A DNA stretch of 64,000 nt from a virus (taxonomy: Duplodnaviria > Caudoviricetes). Position 1 is the stretch's first letter, and each line of letters begins with the position of its first letter. Where the stretch lies: the IMG/VR virus record IMGVR_UViG_3300028844_006787; one strand, written 5' to 3'. The notes beneath the pieces were generated by a model that saw nothing but the letters and a program-made list of their open reading frames with translations, searched no databases and was not told where the DNA came from. A program made the position numbers and the translations under genes. Shown in pieces: positions 9,865 through 20,040 of the stretch.

Positions 9865-10497
9865 CTAAGCATCAAAAGCATAATCAAAATTCTTTAAATC
9901 CTTTGAGTATTTTGTGGTAACAATATGATATAATTCACTATTGTAATAGCATCTATAATCATGGTGGAAATTACTATTTTTGCATTTAAGTTGACTACGA
10001 GCAACACCAATATTATCACATATATTATTAAAATCATCCTGAAGATTTTCGTATCTACCGACATAATCAACACAACATTTATCACCGTCATATACATAAT
10101 CTGACATACTTCTTATATGCTGACGAATACTACATTTTCGTTGTGTATCTTCATCCCAAGAACACTTAACAAAATCATCAAATGTGATTTCCGCAAAATC
10201 TTTATGTAAGTTTTTCCTCCAAAAAAATTCCGAAACTAGTCGGTCATATGGATTTCTAACAAAAGTAAAAGTATAGTATTTTTCACGGTAATTTGTGGGA
10301 ATATACTCATACTCAATATACTCATTTATGGTAAAATGTTGACGATATAATTTATGAACTTTATCCCATCCAATAGGAAAAATTTTTCGCCCATTGGATA
10401 GTGAATCGCATATACTACTCGTTGCGGTTTTAGGAATTTGAATGTAAATAAAATTGTTAGCGGAATCAATCATTAAAAAATTTTTCTCGATTTTCAA
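9865..10497 (-). CDS. sulfotransferase family 2 protein
   Basis: FIYIQIPKTATSSI (5'-PSB loop), FTFVRNPYDRLVS (3'-PB), VGRYENLQDDF. Confidence 0.9.
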   Translation of the reverse strand: MKIEKNFLMIDSANNFIYIQIPKTATSSICDSLSNGRKIFPIGWDKVHKLYRQHFTINEYIEYEYIPTNYREKYYTFTFVRNPYDRLVSEFFWRKNLHKDFAEITFDDFVKCSWDEDTQRKCSIRQHIRSMSDYVYDGDKCCVDYVGRYENLQDDFNNICDNIGVARSQLKCKNSNFHHDYRCYYNSELYHIVTTKYSKDLKNFDYAFDA

Positions 10498-11161
10498 ATA
10501 GTTTTAAATGAAAAATATTGGGTCTTTTATATAAAAAAGAATACTCACAAGATTTTCCTTTATTTGCTGAATGTGGTATATTTTCATTGATTTGCACCAT
10601 GTTGTTGATGGTAGATTTTATAGCATCATCGGTATCATATAACTCACATAATGTATTGTGTATTGTAAATAATTTCCACTCATAATCATGGTTCGTGTAT
10701 TTAGATATAAACAAATTCTTCCATGATTTTATTAAATGATCATTCGGATTATTATTGGTAATATACCAACTTGTTGTTTCTTTATTTCCTTTGTCTGTAA
10801 TACTTCTTGGAACAAATCTATATGTAAAAAAATTCGTTTCATTCACTGTATTAAAAAAAATTTCCTCGAATTTTTGATTGCAATACACACTTGCATCTGT
10901 CCAAGTTCCACCATATTTTTCTAGTAAAATCAAACGAAGCAAATCTGATTTTGCCTGAATTCTACGATAAGGAGAGTTGTTTATTATATCATAATACTCG
11001 GGTGCATATTCTTTTATATTATCATCGTGTAATAATATAAAGTTCTTGTGGTGACTATTTTTTAACCAAGAATTATAGCAGATACTATTTTTTGTATCAT
11101 TCATTAAATTGTCAATTCCTTGAAACCAACACATCCATATAATATGATTATCCAAGTTCAT
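10466..11161 (-). CDS. capsular polysaccharide synthesis protein / GT32-like glycosyltransferase
   Basis: IWMCWFQG, KSDLLRLILLEKYGGTWTDA motif. Confidence 0.85.
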   Translation of the reverse strand: MNLDNHIIWMCWFQGIDNLMNDTKNSICYNSWLKNSHHKNFILLHDDNIKEYAPEYYDIINNSPYRRIQAKSDLLRLILLEKYGGTWTDASVYCNQKFEEIFFNTVNETNFFTYRFVPRSITDKGNKETTSWYITNNNPNDHLIKSWKNLFISKYTNHDYEWKLFTIHNTLCELYDTDDAIKSTINNMVQINENIPHSANKGKSCEYSFLYKRPNIFHLKLFENREKFFND

Positions 11162-11690
11162 AACCTAATTTCTTAAAGTCTTTATAGTACATATCACCTA
11201 CAATTTTCATCGTCTCGTTGGTATAATAATCAATATATGATGTATGATTTGTTTTATTGATATGAACATTTGCATTTTGCATATTGAATTTGTTGAGTAA
11301 ATTATTTAAATCATTTTCATAGTTTTCAAGTTTTCCCACAAAATTTATGTCGTTTGGAAAAAGTGTAGATTGCAACCGAATATGTCTATCACACGAATTC
11401 AAATCAAGATTCCTTATTTCATAAATAAATTCTGTAAAACTATTACAATGACGGTACGAATATAATCCACCTTTGGTTTTATTAACAATTTTGTCTATAT
11501 ATGCAGAAAGCAATCTATCAAATGGATTTCTAACAAATGCCCATGAATAGTAACTTTGGTAATTATGAATTATACTTCTAAATTTTACCGGTTGAAACTC
11601 AAAAATATTAAACATACTTCGTGTCGCACATTTAGGCACTATAAAGTAAATAAACTTATTTTGCTCGTTAACTTGGTATAAATATTTCAT
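11148..11690 (-). CDS. sulfotransferase family 2 protein
   Basis: FIVPKCATRSM, AFVRNPFDRLLSAY, DRHIRLQ, VGKLEN. Confidence 0.9.
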   Translation of the reverse strand: MKYLYQVNEQNKFIYFIVPKCATRSMFNIFEFQPVKFRSIIHNYQSYYSWAFVRNPFDRLLSAYIDKIVNKTKGGLYSYRHCNSFTEFIYEIRNLDLNSCDRHIRLQSTLFPNDINFVGKLENYENDLNNLLNKFNMQNANVHINKTNHTSYIDYYTNETMKIVGDMYYKDFKKLGYELG

Positions 11691-12364
11691 AGTAAGTCAA
11701 ATGAAATTCCACCGTTGATACTTACAAGTTCTGAAATTATTTGGGAAAATCCACCAAATGATTGCTTGAAGTATTTTGCGTTTGCCATATAACAGAAATC
11801 TACATCAATGTTTTCGTTGGAAATTATACTATAACTTATATTTTGTTGTTTTATTTGAGTTTCAATATCGTTTAGAATATCCAAACTTTTAATTTTTGCG
11901 TCATCCTCATACAAATATCTATTTCTTGCAACATCATTCCCAAAATGTAATGCAGTTACGATAGTAGCATTATTGATATTATATTCATTAAATAAATCAT
12001 TGCTTATTAAATCGGAATACTTTCTTTTTACACTTTCATAACTAAATTTACTTTTTCTGTGTAATGTATTTCCAACAATATCACCAAGACGAACATGAAC
12101 GACCAATTCATTTTGATGAGGAATTTTTAAGTGGTTTTTGTTGATGTAGGTTTTAATACAATCGTTCAATAAAGTATAATCTTTTTCATTAGACTTATGG
12201 ATTAGATAGTCATACAATATTGTATTTTGATATTTTTTATTATTTAAAATCTCTTCACGATCTTTTTTAAACCTAGGACCGTTGCAAAGAAATATATCTC
12301 CAATGCGATATACAGAATTACTTTTTAATATAGCAATATCGTTCATAAAATATATCTTGATCAA
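11687..12364 (-). CDS. GT11-like (fucosyltransferase-type) glycosyltransferase
   Basis: VVHVRLGD (HxRxGD GDP-fucose motif) and DVDFCYMANAK...GGFS; paralog of 36204..36959. Confidence 0.6.
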   Translation of the reverse strand: MIKIYFMNDIAILKSNSVYRIGDIFLCNGPRFKKDREEILNNKKYQNTILYDYLIHKSNEKDYTLLNDCIKTYINKNHLKIPHQNELVVHVRLGDIVGNTLHRKSKFSYESVKRKYSDLISNDLFNEYNINNATIVTALHFGNDVARNRYLYEDDAKIKSLDILNDIETQIKQQNISYSIISNENIDVDFCYMANAKYFKQSFGGFSQIISELVSINGGISFDLL

Positions 12365-12840
12365 AATATTTTGACCTGTGATGATGTCTTGAATTTAAAA
12401 TTTTCTACAACATGAGAAAAAGTAATAAATATTCCTGAACCATTTTCTGTCATATTATGAATTGCAGGTAAACTTAAAAAATATGGGTATGCGTGTTTAT
12501 CAGTTCCAATTATCATACGATACATTTCAGTTTCATTGATATTTTCTGTGCTATGAGTGAATGTAATAATGTGTCCTTCACTTAAACCAAATGTTGGCAA
12601 CAAATTTAATTTATTTTGCTTTTCTACTCGTTGAACATTTACATCAATTTTGCGTATAAATGGTAAATTATTTGTTGAGGTATGATTAGTATCATATTCA
12701 TCGGAATAATCAAAAGTAAACTCAACCAATAAATCATCAAATTTGGTATTTCCGAGTTTAATTTGAGTAGGACAACAATATGAATTACCAAGTGGATCAA
12801 TGTGTTTTTGAAATTGGCATATAAATATATCATCAAGCAT
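12361..12840 (-). CDS. hypothetical protein
   Basis: 159-aa ORF; TTGCCA-N17-TATTAT 6 nt before ATG. Confidence 0.65.
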   Translation of the reverse strand: MLDDIFICQFQKHIDPLGNSYCCPTQIKLGNTKFDDLLVEFTFDYSDEYDTNHTSTNNLPFIRKIDVNVQRVEKQNKLNLLPTFGLSEGHIITFTHSTENINETEMYRMIIGTDKHAYPYFLSLPAIHNMTENGSGIFITFSHVVENFKFKTSSQVKIF

Positions 12841-12883
12841 GATACTATAATATTACTCAATGAATAAATTGGCAAGTTTATTG

Positions 12884-15091
12884 TTATTTCTTAAAAAAAC
12901 TTAAAATCTTACTATTAAACTTAGATACATCTACTCCATTTTTCAAACAAAGTAAACGGTATTTGAGATTTGAATTAAACCACCCATTATACAAATTATT
13001 TATAGTCATCAGAAATGTTTTTTTCTCTTTGCTAATATATTTTGCTTCCATTGAATTGTGATTTAAATTTTCCACAATAAACAAATTGTTGTTTTTTTCA
13101 TAAGATTCAAAAATTGTTTGTGAGTAGGTGGTTGTCTGTGCAATTTCTAATACTTTTGAATTTTTATTTATGCAATTAAAAAGAAATTGAGGGTTTTCAA
13201 ATTCTGTAAATACTACAATATATTTTGATGTTCCTAGAAAATGCATAAATTTATCTACAAGTTTTCCACTTTCGTTATGTGAAACCACCAAATCAATATT
13301 TTTTTCTTTGCAATATGCTTGAAGATTTTGATGTAATTTAGAAAATGTTTCCTCAAGATATTTACATTCACTATGTGGTTTGAGTATTATCAGTCTTTCG
13401 TGTAAGTTATTTTTATTATTATTTTTACACCGAACTTCTCTTATTTTTTGCAAACCATTTAAATTCATTTCTGATAGAATTGGTGAGCATATTGTCAATT
13501 TAGTATTATCTAATAGCAACTCCTTACCATTTTCTAAAATTTCAAAATGTGAAGGTAATAAATCAGCATAATCCATAAAATGATTAGGTGGATTTACTAA
13601 ATAAATTTTATCAAATTTTCCTTTATTCATAGAAATCATACTCAGTAAATTTGATGTAACTAAATGCAATTTAATCTTCCAAAAAGTCTTAATTGACTCA
13701 ACCGGTACCTGTAAATTATTTCTAATATCATTTTCATTTAGGCAAATTACTAAAACATTTTCCTCGTGTAAAGTATATGAATTTATATCATCCGATTCTT
13801 TTGTTATTAGAATCTTACCATTTATACTTTGAAGTTTACACAATGAATTAAATATATATTCATCGTTGAATTTAGAGTAATCATCATTCTTATTTTTTAC
13901 ACAATCGGCATATTTTTTAATATATTCTTTAGCATATGAATTCCCAAAATAAATCGTTTCGGTATTTAAATTGTTATATTTAATAAAATTAAATAACAAG
14001 GTATCCCATTCTGTTCTAGTTTTGAAGATTTTTTTTGTCTCTTCACTTAAATCATTATAATTTAAGGTTTTTACTTTTTCTTTATTTTTGTTATGTTTTA
14101 GCATATTCTCCCAGTTGACTGGTGCCACATCTTTTATGAAATAATAATTTATTAAAATTTTATTTATCAAAATTTCAATATTGTCTAGTGTTGCTAATTC
14201 AAAATCACTTATTTCATCTAAAAAACTATCAAATATTTTTTTTGTCAGTTTAAACTCCACACCGTCACCTATATTATTAAAATTTCTAAATATCCAATCT
14301 TCCTCAAATTCTTCAGATTTTACATATTCATCAAATGTTTTGGAAATTATACCAAGGTGTGTTTTCTCGTGTATAGATGCGTCTGACTTTAAATAATTAT
14401 ACAAACTTCTATGCCTCTCAAATACATCCCTCACAACCATGAAATTTTTAAATTTAAGATTTTGAGATTCTAAAAATTTATTAAGGTCATTTCTATATAT
14501 AAACCCACTACTACATATCTCTATAAATAATATTTTTACATTTTTTTCTATAAAATTAAAATTTAAAAAGTCTTGAAAACTAATAGTATATTGATAATCA
14601 TATCTTGCATCTCCTATTAGTTTATTCTTAGATTTCAAATTGAAAGTATTTTTTAAAAATTCTACTTTTGTTTTTTTATTTTTATTAATATCATGCAACA
14701 AATTTGCATTATCTTCTAGCACGTTATCAAAACCTTTTCCTTTGTCAGTTTCATTGTATCTCACAAATAATTTTAATTTATCTAAATAAGAATCATCACC
14801 TGCACTGAAATAAATTTTAAATAGTAAATTTGAATTTTCATCTAATACTACTAGTTTATTTTTTTTATATGTATGTTTAAACTCATTTAGATTACTCCCC
14901 TCATCAATTCTCCGCATAGTATAATCTAAGTTTTGATTAATTTTGCTACTAAAATATGTTCCCGCACATTTATGAATATGATAGAAAATTGGTATTATTT
15001 TAATTTTATCCAAGAATGAGTCAATTTTATATTCAAACTTATCAACTAAACTTTTGTTAAAATTAATAATTGGTTCAAATTTGTTTTCCAT
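12884..15091 (-). CDS. large sulfotransferase-domain protein, possibly fused to a glycosyltransferase-like C-terminal half
   Basis: IFYHIHKCAGTY and VVRDVFERHRSLYNY sulfotransferase motifs; C-terminal ...SKVLEI segment resembles GT61-like proteins (weak). Confidence 0.65.
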   Translation of the reverse strand: MENKFEPIINFNKSLVDKFEYKIDSFLDKIKIIPIFYHIHKCAGTYFSSKINQNLDYTMRRIDEGSNLNEFKHTYKKNKLVVLDENSNLLFKIYFSAGDDSYLDKLKLFVRYNETDKGKGFDNVLEDNANLLHDINKNKKTKVEFLKNTFNLKSKNKLIGDARYDYQYTISFQDFLNFNFIEKNVKILFIEICSSGFIYRNDLNKFLESQNLKFKNFMVVRDVFERHRSLYNYLKSDASIHEKTHLGIISKTFDEYVKSEEFEEDWIFRNFNNIGDGVEFKLTKKIFDSFLDEISDFELATLDNIEILINKILINYYFIKDVAPVNWENMLKHNKNKEKVKTLNYNDLSEETKKIFKTRTEWDTLLFNFIKYNNLNTETIYFGNSYAKEYIKKYADCVKNKNDDYSKFNDEYIFNSLCKLQSINGKILITKESDDINSYTLHEENVLVICLNENDIRNNLQVPVESIKTFWKIKLHLVTSNLLSMISMNKGKFDKIYLVNPPNHFMDYADLLPSHFEILENGKELLLDNTKLTICSPILSEMNLNGLQKIREVRCKNNNKNNLHERLIILKPHSECKYLEETFSKLHQNLQAYCKEKNIDLVVSHNESGKLVDKFMHFLGTSKYIVVFTEFENPQFLFNCINKNSKVLEIAQTTTYSQTIFESYEKNNNLFIVENLNHNSMEAKYISKEKKTFLMTINNLYNGWFNSNLKYRLLCLKNGVDVSKFNSKILSFFKK

Positions 15092-15097
15092 AACTAA

Positions 15098-15125
15098 TAT
15101 AAATATTAAATATATTATATTTATA
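15098..15125. promoter_or_regulatory. back-to-back TATTTATA motifs (candidate late promoters) for divergent genes
   Basis: TATTTATA on - strand at 15098-15105 (6 nt before ATG 15091) and on + strand at 15118-15125 (before ATG 15143). Confidence 0.6.
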
Positions 15126-15142
15126 ACTTAGGAGATGTAATA

Positions 15143-15790
15143 ATGAGTGATAAAAAGTTTAAAAATATATGTTGGAGCTGTTTTGCGTTTTTTACGTTGG
15201 CAGTTGGTTCGGTTTTTTTGATGTTTTCATGTAAACCAACCGCAAATGTAAGAGATTTAGTGGAAATTCCAACTATGTCCAAAGAGCAATATGATAAAGA
15301 TCATAAAAATCATTTGGATCGTTATGACATAGGAAGACATTTCAATCATAAGAAATCAAAAAACTGGGTTCCTACCAAAGTTCCTACTGATTTTAAAGTA
15401 GTTATGTTAGATACTCGTTATCGTGTTTCTGATTATTATCATTTTCGCAAATTTAATTCATGGTTCAAGAAACTATTATTTGAAACAGGAATTCAAGCAG
15501 GAGTAGAAAGCAATCATCAAGCACTTGATTGTGATAACTTTGCAATGTTATACAAATCACTTATGGGTGTTAGTGCATATAAAAGTGGTGATGAACTTGA
15601 AATAGGTGTTGCAGTTGTTGTTGTAAAACAAGTCAACGAATTTGGTGGAATACCAGGAACCGGTGGACTTCACATGGTCAATTTGGTATTCACCAACCAA
15701 GGATGGTTTATATTTGAACCACAAACAGGTGACTTTATTTTATTGGAAGATTATCCAAATCAAGAATTCGTTCAATATATGATTCTATAA
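15143..15790 (+). CDS. membrane-anchored/lipoprotein with papain-like (transglutaminase/agglutinin-C type) cysteine protease domain
   Basis: N-terminal hydrophobic segment ending LMFSC; DCDNFA ... HMVN ... EPQ triad pattern; GGAG RBS. Confidence 0.6.
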   Translation: MSDKKFKNICWSCFAFFTLAVGSVFLMFSCKPTANVRDLVEIPTMSKEQYDKDHKNHLDRYDIGRHFNHKKSKNWVPTKVPTDFKVVMLDTRYRVSDYYHFRKFNSWFKKLLFETGIQAGVESNHQALDCDNFAMLYKSLMGVSAYKSGDELEIGVAVVVVKQVNEFGGIPGTGGLHMVNLVFTNQGWFIFEPQTGDFILLEDYPNQEFVQYMIL

Positions 15791-15797
15791 TTTTTTT

Positions 15798-16637
15798 ATG
15801 GGCAAAACTAAACTACTAACTTATGGAAATTGTCAACTTTGTGTTGTTAGTAACTACTTAGAAAAATACTTTTCAAACGAATTTGATATAATATCATGTG
15901 AAGAATGTAATTTAAATTGTTTTTGGAATAAATCTAAAACCTTTTGTGTTTGGAAACCAGGATATAATATTGAAAATCAAAAAAATTATTATGATTGCGT
16001 TCACGAAAAAATTGCTGAAGCAGATGTTTTTCTTTTTCATGATCATAGTGGAAATAGAACCACTGAATATCTAAAAACAGAGTATCTTCAAAACGAAATA
16101 GCAAAAAACAATAATACTGATTGTATCGCAGTTCACAATTATCAGGAAGAAAATATTTATCCAGAACCCAAGTGGATAATAAGTTACGCAGTTTCAAAGG
16201 GTATTACCGATGCAAACGAAATCTATAATTTTCTTCGTGAAAGTAATGATCCTTATTTTGCAGAATATATGAAAGAAAGTTTCGATAAATCAAGAATTAG
16301 AAACAAAGAATGGGAAAATAAAGCAAATGATAATTACGATGAATATATTTCTATGAATGATTTTATTGTGGAAAATTTTAATAAAAAATTGCTAAGTCAC
16401 TCTATGAATCACCCAACTGAACATTATTTTGCGGAATTTATCACTAGAATTTTAAACAAATTTAATTTGAAATTTGATGAAAGCACAATTTGTGAATTTG
16501 ATCAACCAGATAAAATTGGGCATCCGTATGAGTATGAGTTTTTTAACAAAGCATTTCCTAATATCACTGACTCTTGTAAAAGAAATCGTGATCTTACGAT
16601 CAAAGAAATAAATTCTATTTTAGAAGATTTACTCTAA
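15798..16637 (+). CDS. WcbI-like polysaccharide biosynthesis protein
   Basis: YGNCQ N-terminal motif and [10 protein letters not shown]-terminal motif of WcbI family. Confidence 0.75.
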   Translation: MGKTKLLTYGNCQLCVVSNYLEKYFSNEFDIISCEECNLNCFWNKSKTFCVWKPGYNIENQKNYYDCVHEKIAEADVFLFHDHSGNRTTEYLKTEYLQNEIAKNNNTDCIAVHNYQEENIYPEPKWIISYAVSKGITDANEIYNFLRESNDPYFAEYMKESFDKSRIRNKEWENKANDNYDEYISMNDFIVENFNKKLLSHSMNHPTEHYFAEFITRILNKFNLKFDESTICEFDQPDKIGHPYEYEFFNKAFPNITDSCKRNRDLTIKEINSILEDLL

Positions 16638-16925
16638 ATCACCTTCTTTGTGTGTTTCTACAACACAATCTTCAAGAGGTTTTGCAACGCAACTAAGAAA
16701 ATAACCTTCTGAAATTTGTTCATCATCAAGAAACAATTGATCTTCTTGATCTACACTTCCACTTATTAGTTTGCAGGTGCAACTTGAGCAACTTCCATTT
16801 CTGCACGAATATGGTAAGTTGTGGCCAGCATCTTCTGCTGATTCAAGGATGCTAATATCCTCATCGCATTCAAACTCAGATTCATCTCCTTCTGGAGATT
16901 TAATTGTTATTTTGTATTCTGCCAT
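16629..16925 (-). CDS. petF: plant-type 2Fe-2S ferredoxin
   Basis: [13 protein letters not shown]...LSC cysteine pattern; TACTTATA 4 nt upstream. Confidence 0.95.
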   Translation of the reverse strand: MAEYKITIKSPEGDESEFECDEDISILESAEDAGHNLPYSCRNGSCSSCTCKLISGSVDQEDQLFLDDEQISEGYFLSCVAKPLEDCVVETHKEGDLE

Positions 16926-16938
16926 AATCTATAAGTAT

Positions 16939-17520
16939 TTATTGCTCAAATTTATAGTGCTTCATTTCTATAACTTCTTTTTCTGAATCAGCAATCTTTT
17001 TTATTAATTCTGGAGTTAATCCTCTACGTATTTCGTCTTTAAAATTTTTTATATATTTATCTTTTCTGGTGCCAATGGGTATATTAATATTTAATTTGTT
17101 TAGAACAAAACTAAGATCTTCTGTGATGTTTTCAATTGAACCAATAAAATCTAATAGTTTACCATCACGATATATGTAATCTTTAAACTGATTTTCCTCA
17201 AGTGTTTTTAGAATACTCTCATCACTATCAACATTTTCCAAATTTTTACCCTTTAAAATATGATTTTTTCTCATATTAACCCATGATATCATTCGTTCCC
17301 ACGGATTTCTAACAAAAGTAAACCAATAATAATCATTGGGGTCTTTGTTTATACTTTTAATGTAGTTGGATGCTTGAGTTGAATTCCAATGTCTTAGTTT
17401 TAAGGATGGGTGAGTTTTAGTTTGAACATCAGCATATTCGGTTAATGTTTTTTCTCTAAATCCTGATCCAGTTTTTGGTGGATTTAGGCAGACGAATTTA
17501 TATTTATGTGATAATATCAT
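16939..17520 (-). CDS. sulfotransferase family 2 protein
   Basis: MILSHKYKFVCLNPPKTGS, FTFVRNPWERMIS. Confidence 0.88.
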   Translation of the reverse strand: MILSHKYKFVCLNPPKTGSGFREKTLTEYADVQTKTHPSLKLRHWNSTQASNYIKSINKDPNDYYWFTFVRNPWERMISWVNMRKNHILKGKNLENVDSDESILKTLEENQFKDYIYRDGKLLDFIGSIENITEDLSFVLNKLNINIPIGTRKDKYIKNFKDEIRRGLTPELIKKIADSEKEVIEMKHYKFEQ

Positions 17521-17585
17521 TTTATGTATTTAAGTTTATATCAAGTAATTATTATTTTAAATCCTGACAACATATAAGTATTAAG

Positions 17586-18041
17586 TTACCAACTACAATT
17601 ATAGTAAACTCTATATTTTTTCTTTAATGCTTCTTTTGCGTTTTCAATAAACTGCAAATCCATTTGCTTGTAATAATAATTTTCTTGAATTTTATCTTGT
17701 GCGTATCCTTCTTCATTCCAAGTGTAAGAATCATTTCCGAAGAAAAATCCTGATGTCTCTGGCATCTCTTGGTTTTTAATTGCTTCTTCAAGATATTCAA
17801 TATCATCTTTTGTAAGTTGCAACTCAATGCCATTGAATCCACTATTATCTGAATAATCATCTTCGTCTTCTTCATCATCTTCTGCATATGGATCGTTTGG
17901 TATAGGACATCCTTTTGCTTCCCATAGTTGCTCCATATATCCTTGTAAACGATTATGCTTCCTCCACTCCTCAAGATGCTCATCCTCGTCAGAATTGCGT
18001 TTTCTAGGAGGTCTACAATATGCCCATTGATCTAGTCCCAT
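17586..18041 (-). CDS. conserved phage hypothetical protein
   Basis: MGLDQWAY...WRKHNRLQGYM...GFFFG...YYNCSW pattern familiar from phage proteins. Confidence 0.75.
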   Translation of the reverse strand: MGLDQWAYCRPPRKRNSDEDEHLEEWRKHNRLQGYMEQLWEAKGCPIPNDPYAEDDEEDEDDYSDNSGFNGIELQLTKDDIEYLEEAIKNQEMPETSGFFFGNDSYTWNEEGYAQDKIQENYYYKQMDLQFIENAKEALKKKYRVYYNCSW

Positions 18042-18062
18042 GATAATTTTCTTTCTATTTTG

Positions 18063-18458
18063 TTAATTGATGTGTAAAAATTCTAAATTGTTTCCTTGTG
18101 CAAATTTCTTGGCAAGAGTAATTACACTCGTTTCGTGTGTTACCTCTGAATTTGTTTTGTAACACCATTTAGTTTCAGGATAAATTTCTTTTGCAGTTTC
18201 TTCGTTGTCATCCCAAATTGTGAATTTAAATTCAAATTCATTTTCTTTTAACCAATCCGCAGGTTTAAAGTTTTTGTAATAATACTCAATTACATCACCG
18301 TGTTGATGATATTCAAAATCCAAGTACCAATCAATGTATGGTCTTGCACTACTTTTGGTTTCAATATATCGTTTGAATCTATACAACAATTCATCTAAAT
18401 CTTCGCAAGTTTCATCAGTCTTTTTATACTGAACCGATACACCTACTTTACAACTCAC
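18063..18458 (-). CDS. hypothetical protein
   Basis: 131-aa ORF with GTG start downstream of a TTGACA promoter. Confidence 0.6.
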   Translation of the reverse strand: MSCKVGVSVQYKKTDETCEDLDELLYRFKRYIETKSSARPYIDWYLDFEYHQHGDVIEYYYKNFKPADWLKENEFEFKFTIWDDNEETAKEIYPETKWCYKTNSEVTHETSVITLAKKFAQGNNLEFLHIN

Positions 18459-18544
18459 CTTTTTATTCTTTCTGCTTAATGTTAAAAGAATATAATATTA
18501 AGAAGATGGGTTTATGTCAATGACTATTTCTTGGTAAACCTCTT

Positions 18545-19300
18545 TCATATTCCTAATAAATTTTTAATAATGCTAATTCTTAAATTATCTGCATCTTCTT
18601 TTTTATACTTCAAATATTTTTCTTGTAAAATTCCAATATTTTCATGCGACACGTGAACAACACCATAGTTTTCGTTTTCAATATATCCAATATTCGGACC
18701 TGCAAGTATTTTGTTTTCTACAGGATCGATATATCCACCAAATTCATCTCGGTTTCGTGTCATTAAAATATTGTAGTGATTTCTTAGTTTTACATATGAT
18801 TCATTATGATTCATAAAATTATATTGAAAAAATTCTTGGTCATGGTAATGATTTGCTTGATTTTTCAAAATTTCTAAACGTTCGTTGCTTACTTCCACAA
18901 ATGCTTTGCATAAATTTTCAAATTGTTTTGGTGTTCCACTTGCAAGAAATGGACAAGCAAAATCCATAAAATGAAGTTTGTCGTTGGGTTCTGTAATTGA
19001 AAAATTAGCATTGATCGCATCATAATCACTTACATAAAATTTTTCATCTGCTTGAGTTGCATATGCCAACCAACGAAACCAACAACTCATTCCGTATTCA
19101 GAAATTTCGTTATTGGTAATTTCTCGGAAGATTCTACGCATTTCTGTGTTCAAAGTTTCAAAATACGAATGTTTTTTCGCATTATTTAAATTTAGCACGA
19201 TTGGTTCGTAACCATGTCGTGACCAACTCTCTTTCCACAAATCTATAAGTTCGTTTTGGGAAGAATGACTTATCTCTTGGTAGTAAGTGTATATTTTCAT
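18545..19300 (-). CDS. putative glycosyltransferase, tandem paralog 3
   Basis: WxxSWSRxGYEPIVL, CWFRWLAY, VSDYDAIN (DxD), HDQ; ATGA coupling. Confidence 0.6.
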   Translation of the reverse strand: MKIYTYYQEISHSSQNELIDLWKESWSRHGYEPIVLNLNNAKKHSYFETLNTEMRRIFREITNNEISEYGMSCWFRWLAYATQADEKFYVSDYDAINANFSITEPNDKLHFMDFACPFLASGTPKQFENLCKAFVEVSNERLEILKNQANHYHDQEFFQYNFMNHNESYVKLRNHYNILMTRNRDEFGGYIDPVENKILAGPNIGYIENENYGVVHVSHENIGILQEKYLKYKKEDADNLRISIIKNLLGI

Positions 19301-20040
19301 ATTCCTAATAAATCTTTTATTAAAAATAACCTTACGTCATTTTTGCAGGAATTCTTATTATTATTCGTACTATTCAAATACATCGTGGTACTAGCATGAG
19401 AAACATGATAAATTCCATAAGTTTTTGGACTTGGATTTTTTTCATGGTTAGGTAAATAGTAGTCCCCAATCCCACCTTCATGTGATCTATCCCGTGTCAT
19501 TAAAATGTTATACTTATCTTTTAATTCTTCAACAGATTCATTATGGTCTGACATAAAATTGTAAATAAAAAATTCTTGGTCATGATAATGATTTGCTTGT
19601 TGTTTTAAAATGTCTATTCGTTCGTTACTTACTTCTACAAATGCTTTGCATAAATTTTCAAATTGAATTGGAGTTCCACTTGCTAAAAATGGACAATCAC
19701 TATCCATCAAATGAAGTTTATCCTCTGGTTCTGTAATTGAAAAATTAGCATTGATTGCATCGTAATCAGAAACATAAAATTTTTCATCTGATTGTGTTGC
19801 ATATGCCAACCAACGAAACCAACAACTCATTCCGTATTCTTCAATTTCTTTGTTTGTAATTTCTCGAAAGATTCTACGCATTTCTGAATTCAATGTTTCA
19901 AAATAAGAATGCTTTTTTGCATCATTTAAATTTAGCACGATTGGTTCGTAACCTTGACGAGACCAACTAAGTTTCCACAAATCTATAAGTTCGTTTTGGG
20001 AAGAATGACTTATGTCTTGATAATAAGTGTAAATTTTCAT
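19297..20040 (-). CDS. putative glycosyltransferase, tandem paralog 2
   Basis: Near-identical N-terminal two thirds to neighbours. Confidence 0.6.
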   Translation of the reverse strand: MKIYTYYQDISHSSQNELIDLWKLSWSRQGYEPIVLNLNDAKKHSYFETLNSEMRRIFREITNKEIEEYGMSCWFRWLAYATQSDEKFYVSDYDAINANFSITEPEDKLHLMDSDCPFLASGTPIQFENLCKAFVEVSNERIDILKQQANHYHDQEFFIYNFMSDHNESVEELKDKYNILMTRDRSHEGGIGDYYLPNHEKNPSPKTYGIYHVSHASTTMYLNSTNNNKNSCKNDVRLFLIKDLLGI

